Source: an uncultured Methanosarcinales archaeon
GTDB lineage: Archaea > Nanobdellota > Nanobdellia > Woesearchaeales > JACPBV01
DNA length: 43,649 bases
Assembly: GCA_964492935.1 (NCBI GenBank)
Contig: CAZBLF010000006.1
Location: 1-43,649, forward strand
Direction: 5' to 3'
Below the pieces are notes generated by a model. The model was not told the DNA's origin. It saw nothing but the letters and a program-made list of their open reading frames with translations, and did not search any database. Below, in pieces: positions 1 to 9,356 of the stretch. The position numbers and the translations under genes were made by a program. The number at the start of each line of letters is the position of its first letter. Positions within the stretch are counted from its first letter, which is position 1.

Positions 1-1
1 G

Positions 2-2395
2 AATCTATCCAAACTTGCGGATGCAACCGGAAAATATACTTATGTTGCATTGCAGCAATCATTGCCGGCTTTAGCCGAGATAGGAGTACTATCTGACAAA
101 TCCTGTCCTCAAATTCTGGAAGGTCTGACTCGGATAGCGCAGGCAACGCCAAAGGGATCCTACGTGGAATTTCAGGTTGCTATACCTGCCCTCGCAAAAG
201 CAGGCATCATAACCGAACGCTCTTTCGCAGATATCTTCAAGGACATGGCCTGTATCATACTAGCGGATGAGGACAATACAATTCCGTTAAATTTTTTTTG
301 CAATAGATTACCTCCTCTTGTAAAATCCGGAATTATAAATGAGCAATCCTGGCCAACGATCATCAAGGGCCTTAAAGAAGTGGTTCAAGCAATGGGGGGG
401 AAAGGTTATTCGTTTTTAAGTGACACATTGGAAGCCCTCGCGGAAGCAGGCATCACAACCGAGCAATACTTGCCAACCATTATGAAATACCTAGTCAAAC
501 TAGCGAAAGCAATCAAGGAGGGGAATTCGTATTCTGTAGACGAAACGCTTTCTGGACTTGCCAGGGCAGGAGTCATAACAGAAGATTCTTTTCCAAAAAT
601 TATGAACGAAGTAACAAAGATAGCGAAAGTACAAGGGATGAGTTCCTATCCCTTGCTGCAGGCAACGATTCCTGCCCTCGCGGAAGCAGGCATCATAATA
701 GAGAAATCCTACCTCTCAGTCTTCAACGGTCTAGAAATAATGCATAATGCAACAAGGACATCTGCATGGAGTATTTTTAATACGGAAATACCGGTACTCG
801 CCAGAAACCACGCCCTCACAGAACAATCCTGGCCAATCCTGGTGAATATTGTGAAGGTAGTAGGGGATGAATCCAGATGGACCCTTGAGAGGACAATACC
901 TGCCCTCGCGGAAGCAGGCATCATAATAGAGAAATCCTGGCCCTCGTTGGAAAGAATCGCGCGAGGGGTAGGGGAAGCACAAGTAGTATTCAAAGAGACC
1001 ATTCCAAATCTAGCCAAAGCAGGCTTGGTGACTCAGCAAACATGGGATGATGTTGCCGATCTACTCTGCAAGTTAAGCAAGCGAATCAACGAAGCAAGCT
1101 GGAAGATGCTAAGAAATGAAACCCTTCCTCAATTCTTAGCGTTCCACACTGTAGCAGACATAGGCACTATTGGNNNNNNNNNNNNNNNNNNNNNNNNNNN
1201 NNNNNNNNNNNNNNNNNNNNNNNNNNNNNNNNNNNNNNNNNNNNNNNNNNNNNNNNNNNNNNNNNNNNNNNNNCGCCGCATCGTCCAAGGGAAGGACTCC
1301 GATTACGATGAAAAGAACCACCCTTACATTTTGCACGCCATTAATTCTCCAAGTTTAACTGAGGGGAAGTTTAAGCAGACCATGGGTCGCTTTGGTCAAA
1401 AAGCATCTGAACTCCCAGATTCCATATTTACTCCATTCGAACTAGATACCATTAAAGATGTCAAGGAATTAAAACTCAAGGGGAAGCTGGACCAAAAACT
1501 ATTCACCTACTATAATGATCTCATCGAGCTACTAATAAATTCAAAGCCAAGAGAAATAAAGTACGAAAAACTACTCGAAAAGAAAGTTAAGTGGAGCGAA
1601 TCAATATTGGGATCGGAATTTTCCTTTGAGGTTGCTTGGAGGGTAAAAATGCTCGAAGTTTTTTCTAGTCTCGGAGAGGACATGAAGCACAAATTAGTTA
1701 AGATTACAGAACAGGATTTCAATTCATTTGAAAACGACCTTTTTGCATTGAGAGAGGTATACAACACATTCTTAGAGTTATTCAACGATACCATTAAGGA
1801 TAATGTGGATGATCTTGGCCAACATAAGGGAAAATTCCTCAAATCTATTCATAGGCCTCTTTCACGCATCGATCAATTAGAAAAAGAGCTCAAAAAATTT
1901 CAGGAAGTGAAGGGAAAGGACGACGTGAACATTACCTGCATTCCTTCAAAAACTCCATTAGATTTATTTTATGGCAATTACGGAGAAAACTGCACAAGCG
2001 GTGCACCCGAGGAACTCCTAGAACCAGCATTTACTCCTGTCCGCATGATTCAAGGAGATGAAATCGTGGGATGCTTGCATTTCTACGAAGTTAATTTTGA
2101 AGGAAAGAAAATCCTAGCCATTCTAGGGATCGAACCAAGATCCCATCTAGTCAATCACGTTAACAATGAAACTCTCTTCCGCGCGATCATCAAAGCGTGC
2201 ACAAAGGAAGCAAAGAAGCACGGTTTCGACTATCTCTGTCTCCCTGTAAATTCCACAATGCACTCCAACAGAGGGAAAATGGGAAGTCTCATTGCAGAAG
2301 CCATAAGAGAAAAAAACCACCTGGAGATTAATTTCAAATTTCCAAAAAGTTTAGATTACGATACAGAGGGATTGCGAATTATTTGGGAAAGATAG
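2..2395 (+). CDS. Large helical-repeat protein (5'-truncated, spans a 100-N scaffold gap); C-terminal domain possibly GNAT-like
   Basis: Frame is open from base 2. About 39-aa repeats of the type 'TIPALAEAGIIIEKSWP' precede the gap. Ns at 1174-1273 mean the frame join is unverified. C-terminus has GENCTSG...IVGCLHFY...LGIEP. Confidence 0.6.
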   Translation, partial: NLSKLADATGKYTYVALQQSLPALAEIGVLSDKSCPQILEGLTRIAQATPKGSYVEFQVAIPALAKAGIITERSFADIFKDMACIILADEDNTIPLNFFCNRLPPLVKSGIINEQSWPTIIKGLKEVVQAMGGKGYSFLSDTLEALAEAGITTEQYLPTIMKYLVKLAKAIKEGNSYSVDETLSGLARAGVITEDSFPKIMNEVTKIAKVQGMSSYPLLQATIPALAEAGIIIEKSYLSVFNGLEIMHNATRTSAWSIFNTEIPVLARNHALTEQSWPILVNIVKVVGDESRWTLERTIPALAEAGIIIEKSWPSLERIARGVGEAQVVFKETIPNLAKAGLVTQQTWDDVADLLCKLSKRINEASWKMLRNETLPQFLAFHTVADIGTIXXXXXXXXXXXXXXXXXXXXXXXXXXXXXXXXXXRRIVQGKDSDYDEKNHPYILHAINSPSLTEGKFKQTMGRFGQKASELPDSIFTPFELDTIKDVKELKLKGKLDQKLFTYYNDLIELLINSKPREIKYEKLLEKKVKWSESILGSEFSFEVAWRVKMLEVFSSLGEDMKHKLVKITEQDFNSFENDLFALREVYNTFLELFNDTIKDNVDDLGQHKGKFLKSIHRPLSRIDQLEKELKKFQEVKGKDDVNITCIPSKTPLDLFYGNYGENCTSGAPEELLEPAFTPVRMIQGDEIVGCLHFYEVNFEGKKILAILGIEPRSHLVNHVNNETLFRAIIKACTKEAKKHGFDYLCLPVNSTMHSNRGKMGSLIAEAIREKNHLEINFKFPKSLDYDTEGLRIIWER
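1174..1273. other. Assembly gap (100 N)
   Basis: Run of exactly 100 N. Confidence 1.
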
Positions 2396-2581
2396 TTGCA
2401 ATCCTTAAGGTATTTAACGGAGCGCATCGTAGCAAGCTGTTCAAGAACTAAACAATCAGGTGTTTATTTAATTTCTAAACTAGCACCCATCGAAAACTAT
2501 ATAAATGAGTTTTATAAAGAGCAGTAGTATACAGACTTAAGGAGGATTTTTCTCTTACAGAGAAATCCCCTTTTCATACTC

Positions 2582-2797
2582 ATGACTTCACGCAACATTT
2601 CTATTATACCCAAGGCACCCATGGCTAGGATGCTTCTTAATGTAGGTGCCAAACGAGTTTCTCAACCAGCAATAGATGCATTTACCGATATCATAACAAG
2701 CAGAGCAGAGCATATTGCAGCAAAATCCATTCAAATAGCAAAGCATTCTGGAAGAAAAACCGTTCAAGGCGAAGATATCAAGCTAGCGGTCAAGTAA
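2582..2797 (+). CDS. Archaeal histone (HMf-like)
   Basis: 71 aa; IPKAPMARML...GAKRVS...AKHSGRKTVQGEDIKLA is the histone-fold signature. Confidence 0.95.
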   Translation: MTSRNISIIPKAPMARMLLNVGAKRVSQPAIDAFTDIITSRAEHIAAKSIQIAKHSGRKTVQGEDIKLAVK

Positions 2798-2799
2798 CG

Positions 2800-2807
2800 T
2801 TTAAAAA
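2800..2807 (+). promoter_or_regulatory. TATA-box-like element, possibly the ancestral tRNA-Ala promoter
   Basis: TTTAAAAA lies about 25 nt upstream of GGGCC (2832-2836), which matches the first five bases of tRNA-Ala. Confidence 0.4.
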
Positions 2808-2984
2808 CAGAGAGTTAATTCTTAAGGATACGGGCCTACAGTGAAGATTGGTAGAAACTATTAAATATTCAGTTTGTTTTCTCATTTAAAATCACAGATG
2901 AAGTGTTCAACCCTTAAATTTTAATTTACTTTTCAAGAAAATAAATCAATTAGAGGGTATCCAAAAGGATAAGAGTGATTATAA

Positions 2985-3998
2985 ATGAAATTAAAAGAAA
3001 ACAAAACATACAAATTCCACATTGGGCAACAATCGACATTAATTTCAAAGGCAGCTAGCAAAGCAGGATCAGTAAGAAATCTATCAATTAATTTAAGAAT
3101 TCCCGAGCGGACACTAAAGCATTACAAGGCCGAGGATTTTACTATTCCTTCTCTAAGACTACAACAATTAGTTGATTATCTTCAAATACAGTCAGGAGAT
3201 ATTTCTAAAATGATAAAAAAGGAATTACCCAGACATTGGGGATCTCGTCTTGGAGGACTGAAAACCTACTCAAAAAAGAATCGAAAGGATCTATTGAGAG
3301 ACATGAACTACATTAGATCTTTTAAGAAACCAATAATTTACGATAAGAAATTTCCCTTGACCAACTTTTTTTGTGAGTTTTATGGTATTCTGATGGGCGA
3401 CGGCTGCATTTCAAGCTATACTGACTACCAGGGTAACCGGAGATTGGACCTCATTATCACAGGTGACAAAAGATACGAAATGGCTTATTATCAATACATG
3501 AAAAAAAGGTTGAGGGAGGAATTCAATATCAATAGTTATATCTACCAATTGAAGAAGAGGAATTCTGTCAGACTCACAATAAGAAATAAGTATTTTAGCA
3601 ATTTTCTGATTAATTTTGGATTCCCTAAAGGAAATAAGTATAAGGTCTTAAGAATACCGCCACAAATTATGAAATTTAAGTGGGAAAAGCTAAAGTTCGT
3701 AATTCGAGGGCTTTTTGACACCGATGGGAGCATCTTCGCAAACAAAAATGAAGGATATAGATATCCATATATTTGTATCACATCTATAAGTGGGAAACTA
3801 CTGAATCAATTGTATGGAATCCTAAGAGCTAGAGGTTACCCGGTTTATCTCAGTAATGATAATCTTTTCATGAGGGGAATAGCGAATGTCAATAAATGGA
3901 TGAATGATGTTGGATCTTCCAACCCAAAACATAAATTTAAATACAACTACTGGACTTCAAAGGGCGTATTGCCTGCGAGATTATTATCGGGCCCGTGA
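2985..3998 (+). CDS. Free-standing double-motif LAGLIDADG homing endonuclease with N-terminal HTH-like extension
   Basis: Motifs FYGILMGDG and IRGLFDTDG; AT-rich. Stop TGA (3996-3998) lies inside the tRNA-Ala 5' end. Confidence 0.88.
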   Translation: MKLKENKTYKFHIGQQSTLISKAASKAGSVRNLSINLRIPERTLKHYKAEDFTIPSLRLQQLVDYLQIQSGDISKMIKKELPRHWGSRLGGLKTYSKKNRKDLLRDMNYIRSFKKPIIYDKKFPLTNFFCEFYGILMGDGCISSYTDYQGNRRLDLIITGDKRYEMAYYQYMKKRLREEFNINSYIYQLKKRNSVRLTIRNKYFSNFLINFGFPKGNKYKVLRIPPQIMKFKWEKLKFVIRGLFDTDGSIFANKNEGYRYPYICITSISGKLLNQLYGILRARGYPVYLSNDNLFMRGIANVNKWMNDVGSSNPKHKFKYNYWTSKGVLPARLLSGP

Positions 3999-4080
3999 TT
4001 CAACCCGGTACAATGCAAATTGCGGGAGAGAATACACCCATGGCATGGGTGCTATCCGAGTTCAAATCTCGGCGGGTCCA
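3989..4080 (+). tRNA. tRNA-Ala(GGC) with 19-nt D-loop intron (4010-4028)
   Basis: Acceptor GGGCCCG/CGGGTCC with G3:U70. Anticodon arm CACCC-ATGGCAT-GGGTG. T arm CCGAG-TTCAAAT-CTCGG. BHB-like CCCG/CGGG helix with GTA and AGA bulges; removing the intron restores ATTC-AACCCGGTA-GAAT. Confidence 0.93.
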
Positions 4081-4101
4081 CTTACTATCACCACATAAAA
4101 A

Positions 4102-4515
4102 ATGGAAAACGAATGTATTTTTTGCAAAATCGCTGAAGGAAAAATCCCAGCAACCAAAGTCCACGAAGACGATAAGCTATTGGCCTTCATGGACATAGCC
4201 CCTGCTAACGTAGGCCACACCCTAATCATCCCAAAAGCACACCATGAAATTCTAACCGATATCCCAGATGGGTTACTAACAGACATGACACTCTTAACCA
4301 AGAAAATAGCTAGAGCAACCCTTTCAGCACTAGGCGCAGAAGGCTTTAACGTTATGATGAATAACAAAGAGGTTGCAGGACAAGTAGTACCACACGCCCA
4401 CATCCATATTATCCCAAGATACAAGGGCGATGGCCAGCAAATTCACATAGCACCCAATCCAAGAGCAGCAGCATCAGTAGACGAAACCGCAGAGAAGATA
4501 AAGAAATTCTTATAG
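4102..4515 (+). CDS. HIT family hydrolase
   Basis: CIFCKI N-terminus, GHTLIIPK and the HAHIHII histidine triad. Confidence 0.95.
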   Translation: MENECIFCKIAEGKIPATKVHEDDKLLAFMDIAPANVGHTLIIPKAHHEILTDIPDGLLTDMTLLTKKIARATLSALGAEGFNVMMNNKEVAGQVVPHAHIHIIPRYKGDGQQIHIAPNPRAAASVDETAEKIKKFL

Positions 4516-4553
4516 AACCATAGATTTTTATACCATCCAAAGATTATATACTC

Positions 4554-5300
4554 ATGGTACTCATACCAACACTCATCAGCGTCATCATCGTTAGCTTAAT
4601 CTCATTAGTAGGAATCCTCTCCGTAATCGTATCCGGAAAGAACCTCAAAAAAATCCTAGTATTCTTTATCAGTTTCTCCGCAGGATCTCTTTTTGGAGGA
4701 GCCTTCTTCCATCTCTTACCCGAAGCAGCTGCAACACTAGGAGTAACATTACAATTTTCAGCCTCAATCCTAGCAGGCATTGTATTTTTCTACGTTCTAG
4801 AAAATTTCATCCACTGGCGACACTGTCACATTCCAACGAGCCACGACCATCCTCACCCGGTAGGCACCATGAGCCTTATTGGAGACGGATTACACAACCT
4901 CATCGATGGTATGGTCATAGCAGCATCCTATCTCATCTCCATTCCAGCCGGCATCGCAACAACCGTAGCCGTAGCCATCCACGAGATCCCTCAAGAGATC
5001 GGAGATTTTGGGGTATTGATTCATGCAGGATATTCAAAGGGAAAAGCACTCTTCCTCAATTTTTGTTCAGCATTGCTAGCAGTAGTGGGAGCACTCACCG
5101 TGTTAGCGATAGGTGCGAAATCTCAACTCTTCGCAACATTATTAGTGCCCTTCACCGCAGGCGGCTTCATCTATATCGCAGGAGCAGATCTCATTCCAGA
5201 ATTAAGAAAGGAAGTCTACCCCATGTCAAAATTACTCACCCAATTCGTTTTCTTCCTAGCTGGAATTGGAATAATGCTACTGTTAACTTTCATAGAATAA
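4554..5300 (+). CDS. ZIP family metal transporter
   Basis: HLLPEA, a His-rich loop, GDGLHNLIDG and HEIPQEIGDF motifs; multiple TM segments. Confidence 0.95.
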   Translation: MVLIPTLISVIIVSLISLVGILSVIVSGKNLKKILVFFISFSAGSLFGGAFFHLLPEAAATLGVTLQFSASILAGIVFFYVLENFIHWRHCHIPTSHDHPHPVGTMSLIGDGLHNLIDGMVIAASYLISIPAGIATTVAVAIHEIPQEIGDFGVLIHAGYSKGKALFLNFCSALLAVVGALTVLAIGAKSQLFATLLVPFTAGGFIYIAGADLIPELRKEVYPMSKLLTQFVFFLAGIGIMLLLTFIE

Positions 5301-5348
5301 CAACCTTTTTATAACAAATTCTGATTCTTTTTAATTGGTGCTGGAGAT

Positions 5349-5547
5349 GCCGGAGTTGCACGATTATGTGCTCCGAGAGCTCAGCCTGGTTAGAGCGCTA
5401 CATTGGATTTGTTTCCAAAGCGAGGCTCATATGTTTGAGCGCTGACCCGTAAGGGGATGACTCAAATCTAACTGGGTGACGTAGAGCAATCGAGAGAAAT
5501 CTCAATGCGCGAAAAAGTCGTGGTTTCAAATCCCACCTCCGGCACCA
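5349..5547 (+). tRNA. tRNA-Met(CAT), elongator type, with four predicted introns (5357-5377, 5402-5424, 5432-5478, 5485-5514); CCA encoded
   Basis: Spliced product GCCGGAG TA GCTC AGCCTGGTTA GAGC G CTACG CTCATAA CGTAG AAGTC GTGGT TTCAAAT CCCAC CTCCGGC A CCA folds as a cloverleaf. Three strict BHB motifs and one relaxed motif. Confidence 0.88.
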
Positions 5548-5613
5548 TTTTCTTTAAATTCACTTTTGGAATTCATTCAAATCACAAAAAGAAGGTAAAC
5601 ATCAAATAATAAT

Positions 5614-5704
5614 TTTCCACTTGCCAACTTAGGTTGTCAAGTCTGAAAGCAAAGAATTCTTACTCTTTAGGTATTCAAGAGGTAAAATCAATTTCCACTT
5701 GCCA
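5614..5704 (+). repeat. Direct repeat TTTCCACTTGCCA (5614-5626 and 5692-5704) upstream of the endonuclease gene
   Basis: 13-nt identity; each copy is preceded by GGTAAA(C)ATCAA. Confidence 0.7.
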
Positions 5705-5779
5705 CTTGCCAGGTGCGGCCGCAGCCTTCTTAAGGAAAATCAATTACAAAGTTTAATCAGTACTAGTAGATCGATTCAA

Positions 5780-6703
5780 ATGAAAAATATCCAAAAGGAA
5801 ATAATAGAAGTTATCAAGTATGTCCCGAGAGAGATTATCCCAAGACGCGGCCATCTGAAACCCCTCAGAGCAGAAGCAAAAGGTAATTCGATCATATTAA
5901 GCTGTAATCACTGTAAGCCAGTTAGAATCAAGAAAGAGATTACCCTCAGAGCAGACGAATACCAGGGAGTGGGACTCTATTTGGCAGAAGGAACGAAGTA
6001 TTACAACCTCAATAAGAAAACGCATCATTGCGGAGAAATAAGCTTTTCAAACTCATATCCTGAATGCATTTTAATCATCTCTAAACTATTTAGTAAATTC
6101 GGCATCAGTCCCAGAGAGTTAAGATGGAGGATTGGACTCAATATAAATCTTGAAGAGACGATTTCTAATGGGGAGTTAGCTGAATTCTGGATAGCCAGTG
6201 CGAAATTGGACAGATCTAAAGCCAGACCAAATGGATTTTACTTCAGTGGTAATAGGGGAAAACGACTCTCAAAAAATCCCGGAAATAAAGGATGCCTTCA
6301 TATCCATTACGCATCTACGATTCTGAGAAATGTTTTCACCTTCTTCATAACTAGAAAACTGGATGAGGCGATAGAAGAAAGGTCTGAATGGAAGTCAGCA
6401 ATGATCCTGAAGGGATTTTTCGCAGGGGATGGGTGTGTGACATATTCGAAAAAGCACAACGGAAGACAGGTAGAGTTCATATGTCATGACAAGATATTAA
6501 TCGAAAAACTTAGAAAATGCCTGCAAATTCTTGGGCTGAAATCCATAAAGGAAACCTGGCCTGCTACTACAAAGACCCACTCCAAGGCGTTGCGCATTTA
6601 CAACACACATGATTTTAGAATTCTAGAGAAATACGAGATTCTAGAACTCATCCCACACAAACGCGAAGTGTTCAAGAAACTGCTTAAATCATTACCACCA
6701 TAA
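5780..6703 (+). CDS. Free-standing double-motif LAGLIDADG homing endonuclease-like protein
   Basis: Motifs GVGLYLAEG and LKGFFAGDG. ATG 5780 is preferred over TTG 5699. Confidence 0.8.
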   Translation: MKNIQKEIIEVIKYVPREIIPRRGHLKPLRAEAKGNSIILSCNHCKPVRIKKEITLRADEYQGVGLYLAEGTKYYNLNKKTHHCGEISFSNSYPECILIISKLFSKFGISPRELRWRIGLNINLEETISNGELAEFWIASAKLDRSKARPNGFYFSGNRGKRLSKNPGNKGCLHIHYASTILRNVFTFFITRKLDEAIEERSEWKSAMILKGFFAGDGCVTYSKKHNGRQVEFICHDKILIEKLRKCLQILGLKSIKETWPATTKTHSKALRIYNTHDFRILEKYEILELIPHKREVFKKLLKSLPP

Positions 6704-6766
6704 CTCCCGGCACTTTTTTATTCTTCAAACGCAACATTAAAATACTCCAATCCACGAATTAAGAGA

Positions 6767-7390
6767 GTGAAAAAAGAAATCATTCCAGCAATCATAGTAA
6801 AGAACCAAAAAGACCTAGACGTAGCTCTCGTCAAGGCAAAATTCGCAAAACGAATCCAAATTGACATCATGGACAACAAGTTCGTAAAAAACTCCTCCCT
6901 CCAGTTCAATTTCAAGCTCAAAACAAAAGCAAAAGTTGAAGCACACTTAATGGTACAACATCCATTACAATGGATAAAAAACCATGCCTCCAAAGTAGAC
7001 GTCATCCTCTTCCAGCACGAATCTAAAGATAACAACGAAGAAGTAATCAAGGCCATCAAAGCAGCAAAAAAAACACCCGGAATAGTAATCAATCCAGAAA
7101 CAGAGATACAAGAAATCGAACCAATCCTAAGCAAAGTAAAGGAAGTCCTAGTAATGACCGTCCATCCCGGATTCTATGGCAGCAAGTTCGTCCCAGAAAC
7201 ACTCAAAAAAGTAACCCAACTCAGAAAATTAAAACCCGCTCTAAACATCGAAGTCGACGGCGGAATAACAAACAAAACAATAGCAAGAGCAAGCAAAGCA
7301 GGAGCTAATTTATTTGTCTCCGGCTCTTTCATCATGAAAAGCCCAGAACCCGAAAAGGCTGCGAAAGAACTTGAGAAACTAATCCATTAA
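6767..7390 (+). CDS. rpe: Ribulose-phosphate 3-epimerase
   Basis: IQIDIMD, EAHLMV, VMTVHPGFYG, IEVDGGI and FVSGS motifs. Confidence 0.93.
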   Translation: MKKEIIPAIIVKNQKDLDVALVKAKFAKRIQIDIMDNKFVKNSSLQFNFKLKTKAKVEAHLMVQHPLQWIKNHASKVDVILFQHESKDNNEEVIKAIKAAKKTPGIVINPETEIQEIEPILSKVKEVLVMTVHPGFYGSKFVPETLKKVTQLRKLKPALNIEVDGGITNKTIARASKAGANLFVSGSFIMKSPEPEKAAKELEKLIH

Positions 7391-8604
7391 CTCCCTCTAC
7401 CTCTCAACTCATTACGAATTTCTTGAGGGGTAATCCCCTTCTTCGCCATCAGCAACAAGAGAAAGTACTGCAAATCAGCGATCTCCCAGACTAAATTATC
7501 TCGAGAGGTATAAGAAACCACTTCCTGAGTCTCCTCACTAATTTTCGCCATGATCTCGTTCTCACTAGCCGAAAGAGCAGAAGTATATGAACCCGCGAGC
7601 GGATTTTCAACTCTATCTCGCACCACTGAATACAAATCATCCAGGCAGTATTCTTTATCTCCAAAGCAAGAATACGAAGCAGTGTGGCAAGCAACATTCG
7701 TCTGCCGAACCGTAAACAAGAGGGAATCTCGATCACAATCATAACGTACGTTCAATAATTCCTGGAAATTTCCAGACGTCTCACCCTTCGTCCAAAGCTT
7801 GTTACGAGACCTACTGAAATACGTAGCCCTCCGAGAGGAGAAGGTCTTAAGAAGAGATGCAGAAGAAGAAAAAGCAAACATCAGCACCCTACCAGTATCA
7901 TCCTGAACAATAGTAGGGATCAACCCTTCCGAAAAATCTAAAAGCGAAACAAACGTTGCAGACAAAGAAATCTTTTCTGTATAGAGTGCCATCCCTATCT
8001 GCGAATTACATCCCATCTCCTCCAGGCGCAACACATCCTCCTGCGTGGTAACCCCTCCAGCAACCGTCAATGTATTGGCAGTACTCTTTCGAAGTTGATT
8101 AATCCTCTCCCAATCAACCCCCTGCATCATTCCCTCTTTATCTACATCAGTGAACAAAAATTCAGAGCAATACGGCTCGAGTAATCTCATCCTTTCCTCA
8201 ACCGCAACTCGAGTATCATTCCGCCACCCCTCATCGACCACACTTCCCTTAACAGCATCCACAGCAACAATCACCTTATCCCTAGGGAGCTGCTTCAAGA
8301 AGGAAACCTCTGCCCGAGTACCAATAATGATTTTCGAAGCTCCAGCCCTCAGCAGTTCCTTAGCTCGACCAACACTGCGAATGCCTCCACCTACCCTACA
8401 CGATGCAATGCTACAAAGCTCCTTTACCAGAGCAAGGTTGTCACCTCTACCCAGAGCAGCATCCAAATCAATCACAGCAATCTCGCCATACATCCGAAAT
8501 TCCTCAGCTAACGCTATAACATCCGAGCGTTCCAAAACTTTCTTCTTACCTTGAACGAGTTGAACCGCCTTCCCCTCCATGAGGTCAATACTAGGAATCA
8601 TCAT
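7387..8604 (-). CDS. hisAIE: Trifunctional HisA-HisI-HisE fusion
   Basis: N-terminal [14 protein letters not shown] and VGGGIR (HisA); KGETSGN...DCDRD...ACHT...SCF (HisI); SYT...KISEE...EIADL (HisE). Confidence 0.9.
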   Translation of the reverse strand: MMIPSIDLMEGKAVQLVQGKKKVLERSDVIALAEEFRMYGEIAVIDLDAALGRGDNLALVKELCSIASCRVGGGIRSVGRAKELLRAGASKIIIGTRAEVSFLKQLPRDKVIVAVDAVKGSVVDEGWRNDTRVAVEERMRLLEPYCSEFLFTDVDKEGMMQGVDWERINQLRKSTANTLTVAGGVTTQEDVLRLEEMGCNSQIGMALYTEKISLSATFVSLLDFSEGLIPTIVQDDTGRVLMFAFSSSASLLKTFSSRRATYFSRSRNKLWTKGETSGNFQELLNVRYDCDRDSLLFTVRQTNVACHTASYSCFGDKEYCLDDLYSVVRDRVENPLAGSYTSALSASENEIMAKISEETQEVVSYTSRDNLVWEIADLQYFLLLLMAKKGITPQEIRNELRGRGS

Positions 8605-9356
8605 TGTCGCACCTCCATACTATTACCAATAAGGGCCTTTTTGACATCACCAATCGTACATTCGCCAGTGTGAAACAGAGAGGCAGCCAGAGCAGCATCT
8701 GCCTTTCCAAAAACAAAAACTCCACTAAAACTCTCGAAGGAACCAGCCCCACCTGAAGCAATCACCGGAATACCTACTGCAGTAGCCACCTGCATCGTCA
8801 AATAACTGTCAAATCCCTGACGAGTACCATCTCGGTCCATAGAGGTTAATAATATCTCACCAGCACCAAGTTTCTCAGCTTTCCGCGCCCACGCAACGAC
8901 ATCCTTGCCGGTATTCTCTCGACCACCCTTGACAAAAACCTCCCACCCTACCCCTTTCTGCTTTGCATCAATAGCAACAACAATACACTGCGAACCAAAA
9001 AGAGCAGCAGCCTCACTAATCAAAGATGGATTTTTCACCGCAGCCGTATTCAGTGAAACCTTATCAGCACCAGCCTGTAACAAAGCCCGAATATCCGAAA
9101 TACTAGATATACCTCCCCCGACCGTAAAAGGGATGAACACCTCCCGAGCAACCTTTCGAACAACATCAATCATCGTTTTCCGACCCTCACACGATGCAGT
9201 AATATCCAAAAGAACAAGTTCATCGGCACCCTGCTCGTTATACTTCTTAGCAAGTGCCACCGGATCTCCAGCATCCCGCAAGCTAAAAAAGTTTAGACCT
9301 TTCACAACCTTTCCATCCTTCACATCTAGACAAGGAATGATTCTTTTAGCTAACAT
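8601..9356 (-). CDS. hisF: Imidazole glycerol phosphate synthase cyclase subunit
   Basis: [39 protein letters not shown]. Confidence 0.97.
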   Translation of the reverse strand: MLAKRIIPCLDVKDGKVVKGLNFFSLRDAGDPVALAKKYNEQGADELVLLDITASCEGRKTMIDVVRKVAREVFIPFTVGGGISSISDIRALLQAGADKVSLNTAAVKNPSLISEAAALFGSQCIVVAIDAKQKGVGWEVFVKGGRENTGKDVVAWARKAEKLGAGEILLTSMDRDGTRQGFDSYLTMQVATAVGIPVIASGGAGSFESFSGVFVFGKADAALAASLFHTGECTIGDVKKALIGNSMEVRQ

